From: Folioceros fuciformis
Lineage: Eukaryota
Length of the DNA: 29,640 nucleotides
Assembly (NCBI GenBank): GCA_049999805.1
Contig: JBNGIO010004579.1
Span: forward strand, 62,001 to 91,640
Direction of reading: 5' to 3'
Positions 1 through 9,400 of the stretch are shown piece by piece. A model generated the notes under the pieces. It saw only the letters and a program-made list of their open reading frames with translations. It was not told the origin of the DNA and did not search any database. The position numbers were made by a program, and so were the translations under genes. The number at the start of each line of letters is the position of its first letter. Position 1 is the stretch's first letter.

Positions 1-127
1 CTGCGCACCGCTGCTTTATTTGTTCCTTCCCGGACCCTTTGATGCCCTAATTGCTTGGTTGGTTCCGGTACTCTGAGCGATTCAAATGCCGCCATCGTGG
101 TGGCTCTGGAAACCTGTATTATGAGGG

Positions 128-2497
128 ATGCCCGTTTGTGCTCGAAGTGTTTGGTTGATTCTACGCAGTAGACTGACAGGATATCAGTCCTTGGGTGCAC
201 CGCGGGCTCGTGGCTTGGCTGGGTACAAGTCCAAGCTCTGCAGTGAGCACAGCAGAAAGTGCACAGTTGCCCGCTGTGGTAGGTATGCCGTGCTCCTCAG
301 ATCCACTCACTACCTTGCCCAGCCCTTGGAAGGCTCGGTTCGCAGTTTGGATGATGCCGACAAGTTGGCGAGAACTGCAGGGTATGCCGACCCTGTGGAA
401 TGGAGAAAGCTGTGTGATCATGGACAGCTTCTCAAGGCCTTTGAGGTGCTGGTCCGCATGGCTGACAAGGGTGACTTCGTGTCCAGGGACATGCTGTATC
501 ATCTGCTCAAGGGTTGTATTGAGTACAGGGATGTGGGCATCGGCAGGCGTATTCATGCCGTGTCTGCTGGCCTTGGGTATGGCGGGAATTCCTTCTTAGC
601 CACTCATATCATTCGCATGTATGCTTCTCTGGGTAGCCTGGTGGAAGCGAGCCAGACATTCAGCCTGTTTCCTGCACCCGACGTGTTTGTGTGGGCGTCC
701 ATCATTTCTGCACATGCTGAGCACGGCCAGCCGGATGATGCGGTGCAACTTTATCACCAAATGAGGCAGTCAGGTGTCCAGGCGAACGACTACGTGTTTG
801 TGGCGGTCTTGAAGGCCTGTGCTCGTGGAGGGGATTTGACGTCCGGAAAGTGGGTCCATGGTCATGTCACGGACACTGGGGGGCGGCCTGGTGCCTTTGT
901 TGGCAGCTCGCTTGTCGACATGTATGCCAAATGTGGCAGCCTGCAGGACGGCCGTGCCGTATTCGACAGCTTGCCCACGAAGACTGTAGTGACATGGAGT
1001 GCCATGATCAGCGCATATTCTCAGCATGGCTTTGGTCAGGAAGCCCTCAATCTGTATGGTAGAATGGAGCGAGAGGGCCTGACGCCAGGGAACGACGTCA
1101 CGTTTGTGGCCCTTTTGAAAGCCTGCGCTAGCATTGGAGCCTTACAGGAAGGACGGCGGTTGTATGCTCAGATTCTCAGCTGGGGAGTCAGTGTGAGCTT
1201 AATTGTCGGTAATACCTTACTGGACATGTTCGCGAAATGTGGGAGTCTGGCGGATGCGCGCATAGTGTTTGACGGGTTGCCAGCCCGGAGTTTGGTCTCG
1301 TGGAGTGCCATGATTGCAGGATATGTGCAACATGGGCGTGGGCAGGAGGCTATCAATCTGTTCGATAGTATGTTGCAGGATGGAGTCGTTCCAGATAGCT
1401 TCACACTTGTTTGCGCTTTGAAAGCATGTGCTGACGTAGGAGCTAAGCAGAGAGGCCAGAAGATTCATGCCCAGGTTCTGGAAATGGGACTAGAAACAGA
1501 TTCGTTCATCGGGAATGCTTTGGTGGACATGTATGCCAAGTGTGGGAGTATGCACGACGCTCAAGGAGTTTTCTCCAGATTGTCCAGAAGAGATGTGGTG
1601 ACATGGAATGCCCTGATTCATGGCTATGGCCTACATAATAATTGCAACACGGCAATGAGGTGTTTTCTGGAGATGCAGCAGCAGGGAGTGGAGCCGGATG
1701 GTGCTACATTCCTCTCTCTGCTCATGGCATGCAGCCATGTGGGCCTGGTGAATGAGGGCCAGTATTTCTTCAGGTTCATGGTAGAAGAGCATGGCACGCT
1801 GCCCACTGCCGAACACTACAGTTGCCTGGTGGACCTTCTAGGGCGAGCCGGGCATTTGGAAGAAGCAGAAACTGTGCTGCAACGGATGCCTTGCCAACAG
1901 GACGTCGTCGGGTGGATGTCCCTCCTGAGCGCTTGCCTAACTCACTGTGACGTGGAGAGAGGGAGGAGATGCTTCAATCGTCTGACTGAAGTGGATCGCC
2001 AGCAAGCTGCGGCATACATACTCATGTCACACATATACAGAAATGCTGGTCGTTGGGAGGCTGTAGCGGAGATAGAACGCTTGAGAAATTGCGTGGGTGC
2101 TCAGAAGAAGCCTGCGATGGCCTTCATTGAGGTGGGCAGGACAGTGCACGAATTCATTGTAGGGGAAGCGCGTGCCGATACTTCTGGAAAGCTCATGGCC
2201 ACAAATTTCCTCATCCAGCAGGAGGTCCAAGTCACATTCCCACAGCCAGAATTGAGGAAGTGGAAAGGAGATGTTCTATGCGGTCATGCAGAGAAATTAG
2301 CCCTGGCGTTCGGTCTTCTGAACACTCCTGACGGGACTCCTTTGCTGGTGACCAAGAACCTGCGGATGTGCGATGACTGCCACAATGGCACAAAGATTTT
2401 GTCCCGGCTTGAAAGACGACCGATCATAGTTAGGGACAATCATCATGTGCATCACTTCAAAGATGGCGTATGTTCTTGCCAAGATGGGAGGATTTGA
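128..2497 (+). CDS. PLS-class PPR protein with E1-E2 and DYW:KP-type domain (candidate U-to-C RNA editing factor)
   Basis: Intronless 789-aa ORF. R/S/L-rich N-terminus resembles an organellar presequence. About 14 P/L/S motifs end in P2-L2-S2 (VVTWNALI..., [21 protein letters not shown]), followed by E1 and E2. KPAMA replaces the PG box, then [17 protein letters not shown] and [15 protein letters not shown]. Confidence 0.95.
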   Translation: MPVCARSVWLILRSRLTGYQSLGAPRARGLAGYKSKLCSEHSRKCTVARCGRYAVLLRSTHYLAQPLEGSVRSLDDADKLARTAGYADPVEWRKLCDHGQLLKAFEVLVRMADKGDFVSRDMLYHLLKGCIEYRDVGIGRRIHAVSAGLGYGGNSFLATHIIRMYASLGSLVEASQTFSLFPAPDVFVWASIISAHAEHGQPDDAVQLYHQMRQSGVQANDYVFVAVLKACARGGDLTSGKWVHGHVTDTGGRPGAFVGSSLVDMYAKCGSLQDGRAVFDSLPTKTVVTWSAMISAYSQHGFGQEALNLYGRMEREGLTPGNDVTFVALLKACASIGALQEGRRLYAQILSWGVSVSLIVGNTLLDMFAKCGSLADARIVFDGLPARSLVSWSAMIAGYVQHGRGQEAINLFDSMLQDGVVPDSFTLVCALKACADVGAKQRGQKIHAQVLEMGLETDSFIGNALVDMYAKCGSMHDAQGVFSRLSRRDVVTWNALIHGYGLHNNCNTAMRCFLEMQQQGVEPDGATFLSLLMACSHVGLVNEGQYFFRFMVEEHGTLPTAEHYSCLVDLLGRAGHLEEAETVLQRMPCQQDVVGWMSLLSACLTHCDVERGRRCFNRLTEVDRQQAAAYILMSHIYRNAGRWEAVAEIERLRNCVGAQKKPAMAFIEVGRTVHEFIVGEARADTSGKLMATNFLIQQEVQVTFPQPELRKWKGDVLCGHAEKLALAFGLLNTPDGTPLLVTKNLRMCDDCHNGTKILSRLERRPIIVRDNHHVHHFKDGVCSCQDGRI

Positions 2498-2582
2498 TCT
2501 CCGTAGATATCTGCCCTCTGGTGTAGAGCTTGGGCAAATGATTTACCTCAAATTCTGGGGTCTGTCTGCGTGACAAATTATC

Positions 2583-5500
2583 TCAGTTGTTGTTCACGAA
2601 TCTGACTGTTGTTGGCCCACAAAGTCGCTTTGCCAACACCGTCACTTGTATTAGTCTGTCGCAGTTGAATCTGTCTGGTGGGTTGGGTCGGTGGAAGAAA
2701 GCAGTACAAGTTGCCACAGTCAGGGGCGTTGGATCCAATTTCCACTTCGGACTCCAAATTTTGACGTGCATCTGTTGGTGCAGTGTTGGGCCCCGTCCAT
2801 TTGTGTGCTGTATCCTATTTTGACATGTGCGTGCTGTGAGGCTATACGATAGCTGGCTTCTCGCTGTGACCAAAGAAATGTTCTTGTTTTCGTCAGAAAA
2901 GTTCGAGTCCAAGTATGGGGCGTACCCTGCGATGGGAATTTTGCAGGACACCTGTCTGGGCTTTGCTTCACTTTGGGGATGCTTCTCGTCCCCAACCAAA
3001 AAGCTGTGCACCAGTCCGTCCTCGTCTGTCCACCAGCTCTGGCCTGGCTGCTTCCAAGCTCCGATTATTGTTCTCTTCGCTTGGATCTCCTGTGCCTCCT
3101 CCCACATGTGAGCACTGGTGTATATGTTTGACATTATCACATATGCCGCGGCATCTCGGCTGTCCAACTTCACTGCTTCATTGAAAGCATGGTTTCCCAC
3201 CTCTACGTTGCTCCACTTTCGACAGGCAGCCAATAGGGTGTGCCACATTGAAGCATTACACAAGACAGGCAGCGATTTGACCAAAGATAAGGCCTCGTCT
3301 AGGAGTCCTGCACGGCCCAATAGGTCCACCATGCACGAGTAGTGCTCCACTGTGGGCGTGATGCCATGCTGTCTGCTCATATCCTCGAAGTATTGTCTAC
3401 CCTTATGCACAAGACCTGCATGACTGCATACTGATAGTACACAAAGGAACGTGATGCCCACAGGCCGTATGCCATCCTCTCTCATTCTGTGGACCAGATT
3501 GAAGACCATTTCGCTATCTCCTTGGGAGGTGTAGCCTGCAATAAGTGCAGTCCAGGTGACAACGTCTTTTTCGGGCAATGCATCGAACACTAGCTGTGCA
3601 TCTATCATGCTTCCGGCCTGTCCGTACATGTGAATCAAACTGCCAGCTATAAACATGTCAGCTTGAAGCTCTTGTTCTCTAATCTGTGCATGTAGCTGCC
3701 GTCCAAGATGCAAAGCTGCCACATTTGCACATGCCTGCAGTAGGCACACAAATGTTATGGAATCGGCTACGGCTGTGCCTTCTCGTTGCATGACACGGTA
3801 GAGCCGAAAGGCCTCCTGGCCCATGCCATGTTGGGAATACCCCCCTATCATGGCGTTCCATGTCACCGCATCTTTCTGACCAAGTCCGTCAAACACTCTC
3901 TGAGCATCTTCCAAGCTGCCGCACTTTGAATACATGTTCACCAGACTACTGGCTATAAACCCATCAGTTTCATGCCCTTGCTCTCTGATTTGTGCATGAA
4001 GCTCCCTCCCCATCTCCAAAGCCGGTGTACCGACACTGGCACATGCCTGCAGGAGGCACAGTAATGTTACAGGATCGTTCACTCCAATGCCTTTTTTTTG
4101 CATAGCACTGTACAGCTGAAGGGCTTCCTGCCCCATACCCTGTTGAGAATACCCTGCTATCATGGAAGTCCACGTTACCACATTTTTCTGACCAAGTCCG
4201 TCAAACACTCTTTGAGCATCTTCCAGGCTGCCACATTTTGCATACATGTTGACTAAACAGCTGGATATGAACACATCACCGTCATGTCCTTGCTCTCTAA
4301 CTTGCGCATGAAGCTGCTTCCCCATCTCCAAAGCCGCTGTGCCGACACTAGCACATGCCTGGAGGAGGCAAATAAATGTCACTGAAGTAGGCTTAACGAG
4401 GCCGACTTCTCGCATACCACTGTACAGCTGAAGAGCTTCCTGCCCCATGCCCTGCTGGGCATACCCTGTTATCATGGCATTCCATGTCACGACGTCTTTT
4501 TGACTGAGTGTGTCAAACACTCCCTGTGCGTCTGCCAAACTGCCACACTTTGCATACATATTCACCAGACTGCTGGCTACAAACACGTCCCCTTGATGCC
4601 CCTCCTGTCTGAGCTGCGCATGGAGCTGCTTCCCCATCTCCAATGCAGGGGTACCCACACCTGCACATGCCTGCAGGAGGCAAACGTAGGTCACGACATC
4701 TGGTACTGTCAGGCCGTCGTCCTGCATAGCGCTGTATATGTGAAGGGCTTCCTGTCCCTTGCCCAGCTGAGAATATGCTGCAATCATGGCATTCCATGTC
4801 ACCACATCTTTCTGACTAAGTCCGTCGAAGACTCTCTGGGCGTCTTCCAAGCTGCCACACTTAGCATACATATTCACTAAACTGTTGCCAACAAGCACAT
4901 CAGCTTGATGTCCTCCTGCTCTGATTTGAGCATGAAGCTGCTTTCCCTTTTCCAAACCCGGGTTGCCCACACTCGAACACGCCTGCAGCAGGCAAACAAA
5001 TGTCACAGAATCTGGCATGACGATGCCTTCCCTTTGCATAGCACTGTAGAGACGGAGGGCCTCCAGCCCTTTGCCCTGCTGAGAATACCCCGCCATCAGC
5101 GCATTCCATGTCACCACATCTTTCACAGCAAGACCGTCAAACACTCTCTGAGCATCTTCCAAGCTGCCACACTTTGCGTACATGTTAACCAAGCAGTTGC
5201 AGACGAACAAACCGGGATGACAGCCAGTGGCCAGAATATCAGCATGAACCAACTGCCCAGTTTTCAAGTCTGCTGCCCTTGCACAGGCTTGGAGAGCTGC
5301 CACAAACACATGGCCGTCTGGCTTCACACTTGACCTGCGCATCCGATGATAGAGATGTACGGCCTCACTTTCTTTTCCATGTCGAACATGGGCAGAAATT
5401 ATGGCAGTCCACGTGAAGTTGTCCGGTTTAGCAACGCCTTGAAAAACATCCATCGCATCTTGCACCCTGCCATGAGAAGCGTACATTCTCAGAATGTGGA

Positions 5501-5960
5501 AGCCCAGGAACGTGTCTGATTGGTATCCCTTTCTCACCGCTAAGGCATGGACACGCCTACTCAGAACAAGATCCTTCTTCAATACACACCTCTTCAGCAC
5601 TGCGTACAAAAGACATATCGAAACACAACGGTCTGTCTGCACGAGAACTCCCAAAGCCTCGACAGCCTCGTCGACACGGCCATCATTACACACCCTGCTT
5701 ATGGTTTCATCCGTTACGCCCCGATCATAGCCTGCAGGCCCGCCAAGCTGGTGAGAATCATCCGGGAAACTCGTGTCCGAGGCACAAAGACCTGGCTGCC
5801 TGTCCAACCAAGGCGTTCGCTCACACGAGTCATTGAAGCAATGAACCTCCTGGGCCTGCCTGTGACGGATGCCTGATCTATCTCCAGGCCGACATCCTCC
5901 CCGAAAGGGTGAATCGAAGAGAATCGCACGTGCCTCAATTGCAACGCCCGACACAACCAT
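2583..5960 (-). CDS. PLS-class PPR-E1-E2 protein with WW-type PG box and frameshift-truncated DYW domain
   Basis: Intronless 1125-aa ORF with about 23 PPR motifs, P2-L2-S2, E1, E2 and WKQPGQSWWTDEDGLVHSFLVGD. Similarity to DYW persists to AGYAPY...KNISL. No in-frame HxE or CxxC follows. Confidence 0.92.
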   Translation of the reverse strand: MVVSGVAIEARAILFDSPFRGGCRPGDRSGIRHRQAQEVHCFNDSCERTPWLDRQPGLCASDTSFPDDSHQLGGPAGYDRGVTDETISRVCNDGRVDEAVEALGVLVQTDRCVSICLLYAVLKRCVLKKDLVLSRRVHALAVRKGYQSDTFLGFHILRMYASHGRVQDAMDVFQGVAKPDNFTWTAIISAHVRHGKESEAVHLYHRMRRSSVKPDGHVFVAALQACARAADLKTGQLVHADILATGCHPGLFVCNCLVNMYAKCGSLEDAQRVFDGLAVKDVVTWNALMAGYSQQGKGLEALRLYSAMQREGIVMPDSVTFVCLLQACSSVGNPGLEKGKQLHAQIRAGGHQADVLVGNSLVNMYAKCGSLEDAQRVFDGLSQKDVVTWNAMIAAYSQLGKGQEALHIYSAMQDDGLTVPDVVTYVCLLQACAGVGTPALEMGKQLHAQLRQEGHQGDVFVASSLVNMYAKCGSLADAQGVFDTLSQKDVVTWNAMITGYAQQGMGQEALQLYSGMREVGLVKPTSVTFICLLQACASVGTAALEMGKQLHAQVREQGHDGDVFISSCLVNMYAKCGSLEDAQRVFDGLGQKNVVTWTSMIAGYSQQGMGQEALQLYSAMQKKGIGVNDPVTLLCLLQACASVGTPALEMGRELHAQIREQGHETDGFIASSLVNMYSKCGSLEDAQRVFDGLGQKDAVTWNAMIGGYSQHGMGQEAFRLYRVMQREGTAVADSITFVCLLQACANVAALHLGRQLHAQIREQELQADMFIAGSLIHMYGQAGSMIDAQLVFDALPEKDVVTWTALIAGYTSQGDSEMVFNLVHRMREDGIRPVGITFLCVLSVCSHAGLVHKGRQYFEDMSRQHGITPTVEHYSCMVDLLGRAGLLDEALSLVKSLPVLCNASMWHTLLAACRKWSNVEVGNHAFNEAVKLDSRDAAAYVIMSNIYTSAHMWEEAQEIQAKRTIIGAWKQPGQSWWTDEDGLVHSFLVGDEKHPQSEAKPRQVSCKIPIAGYAPYLDSNFSDENKNISLVTARSQLSYSLTARTCQNRIQHTNGRGPTLHQQMHVKIWSPKWKLDPTPLTVATCTAFFHRPNPPDRFNCDRLIQVTVLAKRLCGPTTVRFVNNN
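3640..5200 (-). repeat. Intragenic tandem repeat: five 312-bp (104-aa S-P-L) units
   Basis: The homologous CGSL-encoding anchor starts at + positions 3913, 4225, 4537, 4849 and 5161, an exact 312-bp period. The translated units are near-identical. Outer boundaries are approximate. Confidence 0.9.
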
Positions 5961-6449
5961 TGCTAGCTGGCGTGCTGGAGCACGCTGAAAGCCAGACTGC
6001 CCGGATACCCAATTTCCACACCTGCTGAGGACTGCGTGGCGAAGAATTGATCAGATGCATTCCAGGGCTTTGAGAGGATAGCCGTTGACAAAATTGTGGG
6101 GAGTTCCACATACACCTGCCTCCACAGAAAGGTGCGAACAACAACCGCCTTGTGGCTGCTGCGGGTGATGCGTCTTCGCAGCAACAAGTCGCCTGCGTCG
6201 TTGCTGGATGGAACAGTTTCTGCTTATGGAGATGACGATCCTTAGCCAAGTGCTGGCCATCGTCTTCTGAAACGAAATGGGGGTCAGCAGGTCAGGGCCT
6301 GATGGGGGTGCGTTATTAGATTCCGTTCAATCCCATGACCAGGGGTGTGAAGCTGTCTGATGACGAGATCAGAGGCAGGTGCAGAAGGAGCCAACGTGGT
6401 GCTCACGGCATTCGGTGCTTCTCCAGAGGCTGTAGGGAAGGCGACACGA

Positions 6450-9400
6450 CTAAGCTCCACCGGTATCTTGTCTGGGACGAAACTTGTAGATCTCGGGAGG
6501 TTGACTGAGTTTAGTGTAACCTGATACCAGAGCAGTCCATGAGCTTTCATCCTGGGAGGGTATGCTGTTGAACACTTCGCGAGCGTCATCCATGCAGCCA
6601 CACCTAGCGTACATGTCGATCAGAGCTGCTGCGATCGCAGGATCTGTCTGGAGACCACGTCTCGCCACATTTGCATGAATCCTTCTGCCCTGCTGTACAG
6701 CTGCTGTGTTCGCGCACAGGTGAAGCATGCCGATGAGCAGGAACCTGTCTGGCGGTGTGATCTCCTGATCCATTTGCCAGAAGAGGATGAATGCCTCCTG
6801 CTCATCTCCGTGCTTTGCGTACGCCCCTATCATTGTCGTCCAGAGTACAACATCTCGGTCGTGAATGCTTTCGAAGACATGACGAGCATCGTCTATGCTC
6901 CCACACTTGCTGTACATCTGTATGGCTGATGAAGCTACAATCACATCCGACTCGAAGCCCATGTCCATGGCAAGGATGTGGAGACGCTTGCCGTTGTCTA
7001 AAGCTGCTGGACTTGTACAGGCACCGAAGATGCTGACAAAGGTCCACCTGTCAGGCTTCCACCCATCTTCAAGCATCTCGTTAAACAGATTGAAAGCTTC
7101 CTGGAACTCTCCATGTCTGGAATATCCTCCTATGATAGCATTCCAGAGGACCACATCCTGCTTCGGCATGTTCTCGAAGACCTCCCTCGCATCTAATAAG
7201 CTCCCACATTTGGAGTACATGTCAACTACGGCGGTCGCCAGCATGATGTCCGATGAAAGTCCCTTCCGACAAATGTCCATGTGAATCTTCCTGCCAGTTT
7301 CCAAAGCACTAGGATTTGCACAAGCTTGTAAGACGCAAAGAAAGGTAATCTTATCCGGCTTTGCACCTTTGAGTAGCATTTCGCTGAAGAGAGCTAAAGC
7401 CTTGTCCCCTTCACCTCGCTTGAAGTAGCCTCCAATCATTATGTTCCACGACACCACGGTGTGCTCATGCATTTCATCAAAAACCTGGCGGGCATCCTGT
7501 ATGCTTTCGCAGTTTATGTACATGTCAAGGAGACAGTTAGCTACAAACATATCAGACAGGAGAGCCCTTTCCCTCACAAGGGAGTGCAGTTCCTTTCCTT
7601 CTGCTAAGGATGAGCAGGAAGTTAGGAGAGTACAAAATGTGACCCTGTCTGGTTTCACATCCTCTGATTCCATGAGCCCAAATTGTTGATGAGCTTTGCT
7701 CATATTCCCGTGCCTCAGATTCTCCAGTATCATTTGGTTCCAAGTGATTACATCTCTCACAGGCATATTATCGAAAAGTTCCTGTGCTTTTTGGATACCG
7801 TCACACCTGGCATACATTGCGAGAAGAGCACTTGTGATTACCACATCTGAACCATATCCAGTCTCGGTGATCAACTTATGTATCTGCCTTCCCTCTTCCA
7901 GGTCCTTGGGGCCAGCACAAGCAGATAGAATGCTAACAAAGGTCACCTGAGTTGGGGGCACACATTCCAGTATCATGCTACTGAAAAGAGAAAATGCTTC
8001 GTTACACAGGCCACGTCTTGCATATTCACCTATCAATGCAGTCCAGGAAAAGGCACTTCGAACACGAAGCCTATCAAAAGCTCGGCGGGCATCTTGCAAG
8101 CTCCCACATTTGATATAGGCGTCTAGTAAACAATCTCCCAAGCCTTCGAGGCCACAGGATTCAATTTCGGCGTGGATCAAATGGCATTGTTGCAAGGCTG
8201 CTGGACCACGACATGCTTGCAAGATGCTGGCAAATGTAGCTTGATCTGGAGGCTCCCCCTGTAGCTTCATCTCATTGAAGAGTTCAAAAGCCTGATCAGG
8301 GTCTCCGTGATTTGCATAGCCCCCAATCATAATGCTCCAGGAAACCTTCGTTTTCTTTACGATGCTGTTGAACACTTCCCTTGCTTTTGAGAGACTGCCA
8401 CAAATTACATACATGTTGACAAGAGAATTCTCCAAAACGGTGTCAACTGCTCGCTCACTCTTGATAATGAGAGCATGAATCACCATACCCTGTTCAAGGC
8501 TTGCTGAACTCGAGATGGAGTTGAGAACGGAAGCAAAGGTAACTGCATTGGGCATTACTGTCCCTGAACCCATGCGCTGGAAAAGTTGTACGGCCTCATC
8601 AATGAGTCCATGCCGTGCATAGCCTGCAAGCATCATATTCCATGCAACCAGTCCATAGTCAGCGATGCCATCAAATACTTGCCGTGCCAGCTCCATGTTC
8701 CCACATTTAGCATACATATCGACAAGGGTGCTCATCAATTGCACATCTGTATCATACCCACAGGTAATGAGCCTGGCATGAATACGCTTGCCCTCTTCAA
8801 GCGCCACCGTATCCGTACAAGCCTTCAGCACTGTGCCGAAGGTGACCTGTGTTGGCTTCACACCATGTAGTTCCATTTGCCAAAACACTTCGATGGCCTT
8901 TCTGCTCTGGCCATTCCTGGAATATCCTGCTATCAAACTCGTCCATGTGATAACGTCCCGTCTCATCATGGAATTGAACACTCTTTGAGCATCCTCCATA
9001 CTTCCACATTTTGCGTACATCGCTATAAGACAGTTACTTAGGACAATGTCTGAGTGTAGCCCACATCTAACCAAGTTGGAGTGAATTCTCATGCCCTGCT
9101 CCAGCCCTGAGGGGCCAGTACAAGAGCAAAGGACGTTGACAAAAGTGCTCTCCTGTGGCTTCAGTGCTGCCTGTTGCATCTTTTCAATCGCCTCCACAGC
9201 CTTGCCCACTTGTCCCTCCCTGACGTAGCCTGCGATCAACACATTCCATGACACTTCATCTGGTTGAGAGAGTTTTGAGAACAGTTCACAAGCCAAAACA
9301 ACGTTCTCACATCTCACATACATTTCCAGCAGGGCGTTTGCAACACCCATATCCGATTCCAGCTCACTTCGAGCAACCATTTCATGTACGAGGCACCCAC

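Noticed and set aside
5960-6450. Fusion of the two minus-strand PPR ORFs into one giant gene
   Set aside because: The downstream ORF has its own non-PPR N-terminal leader, the spacer lacks PPR similarity, and no convincing splice pair was seen.
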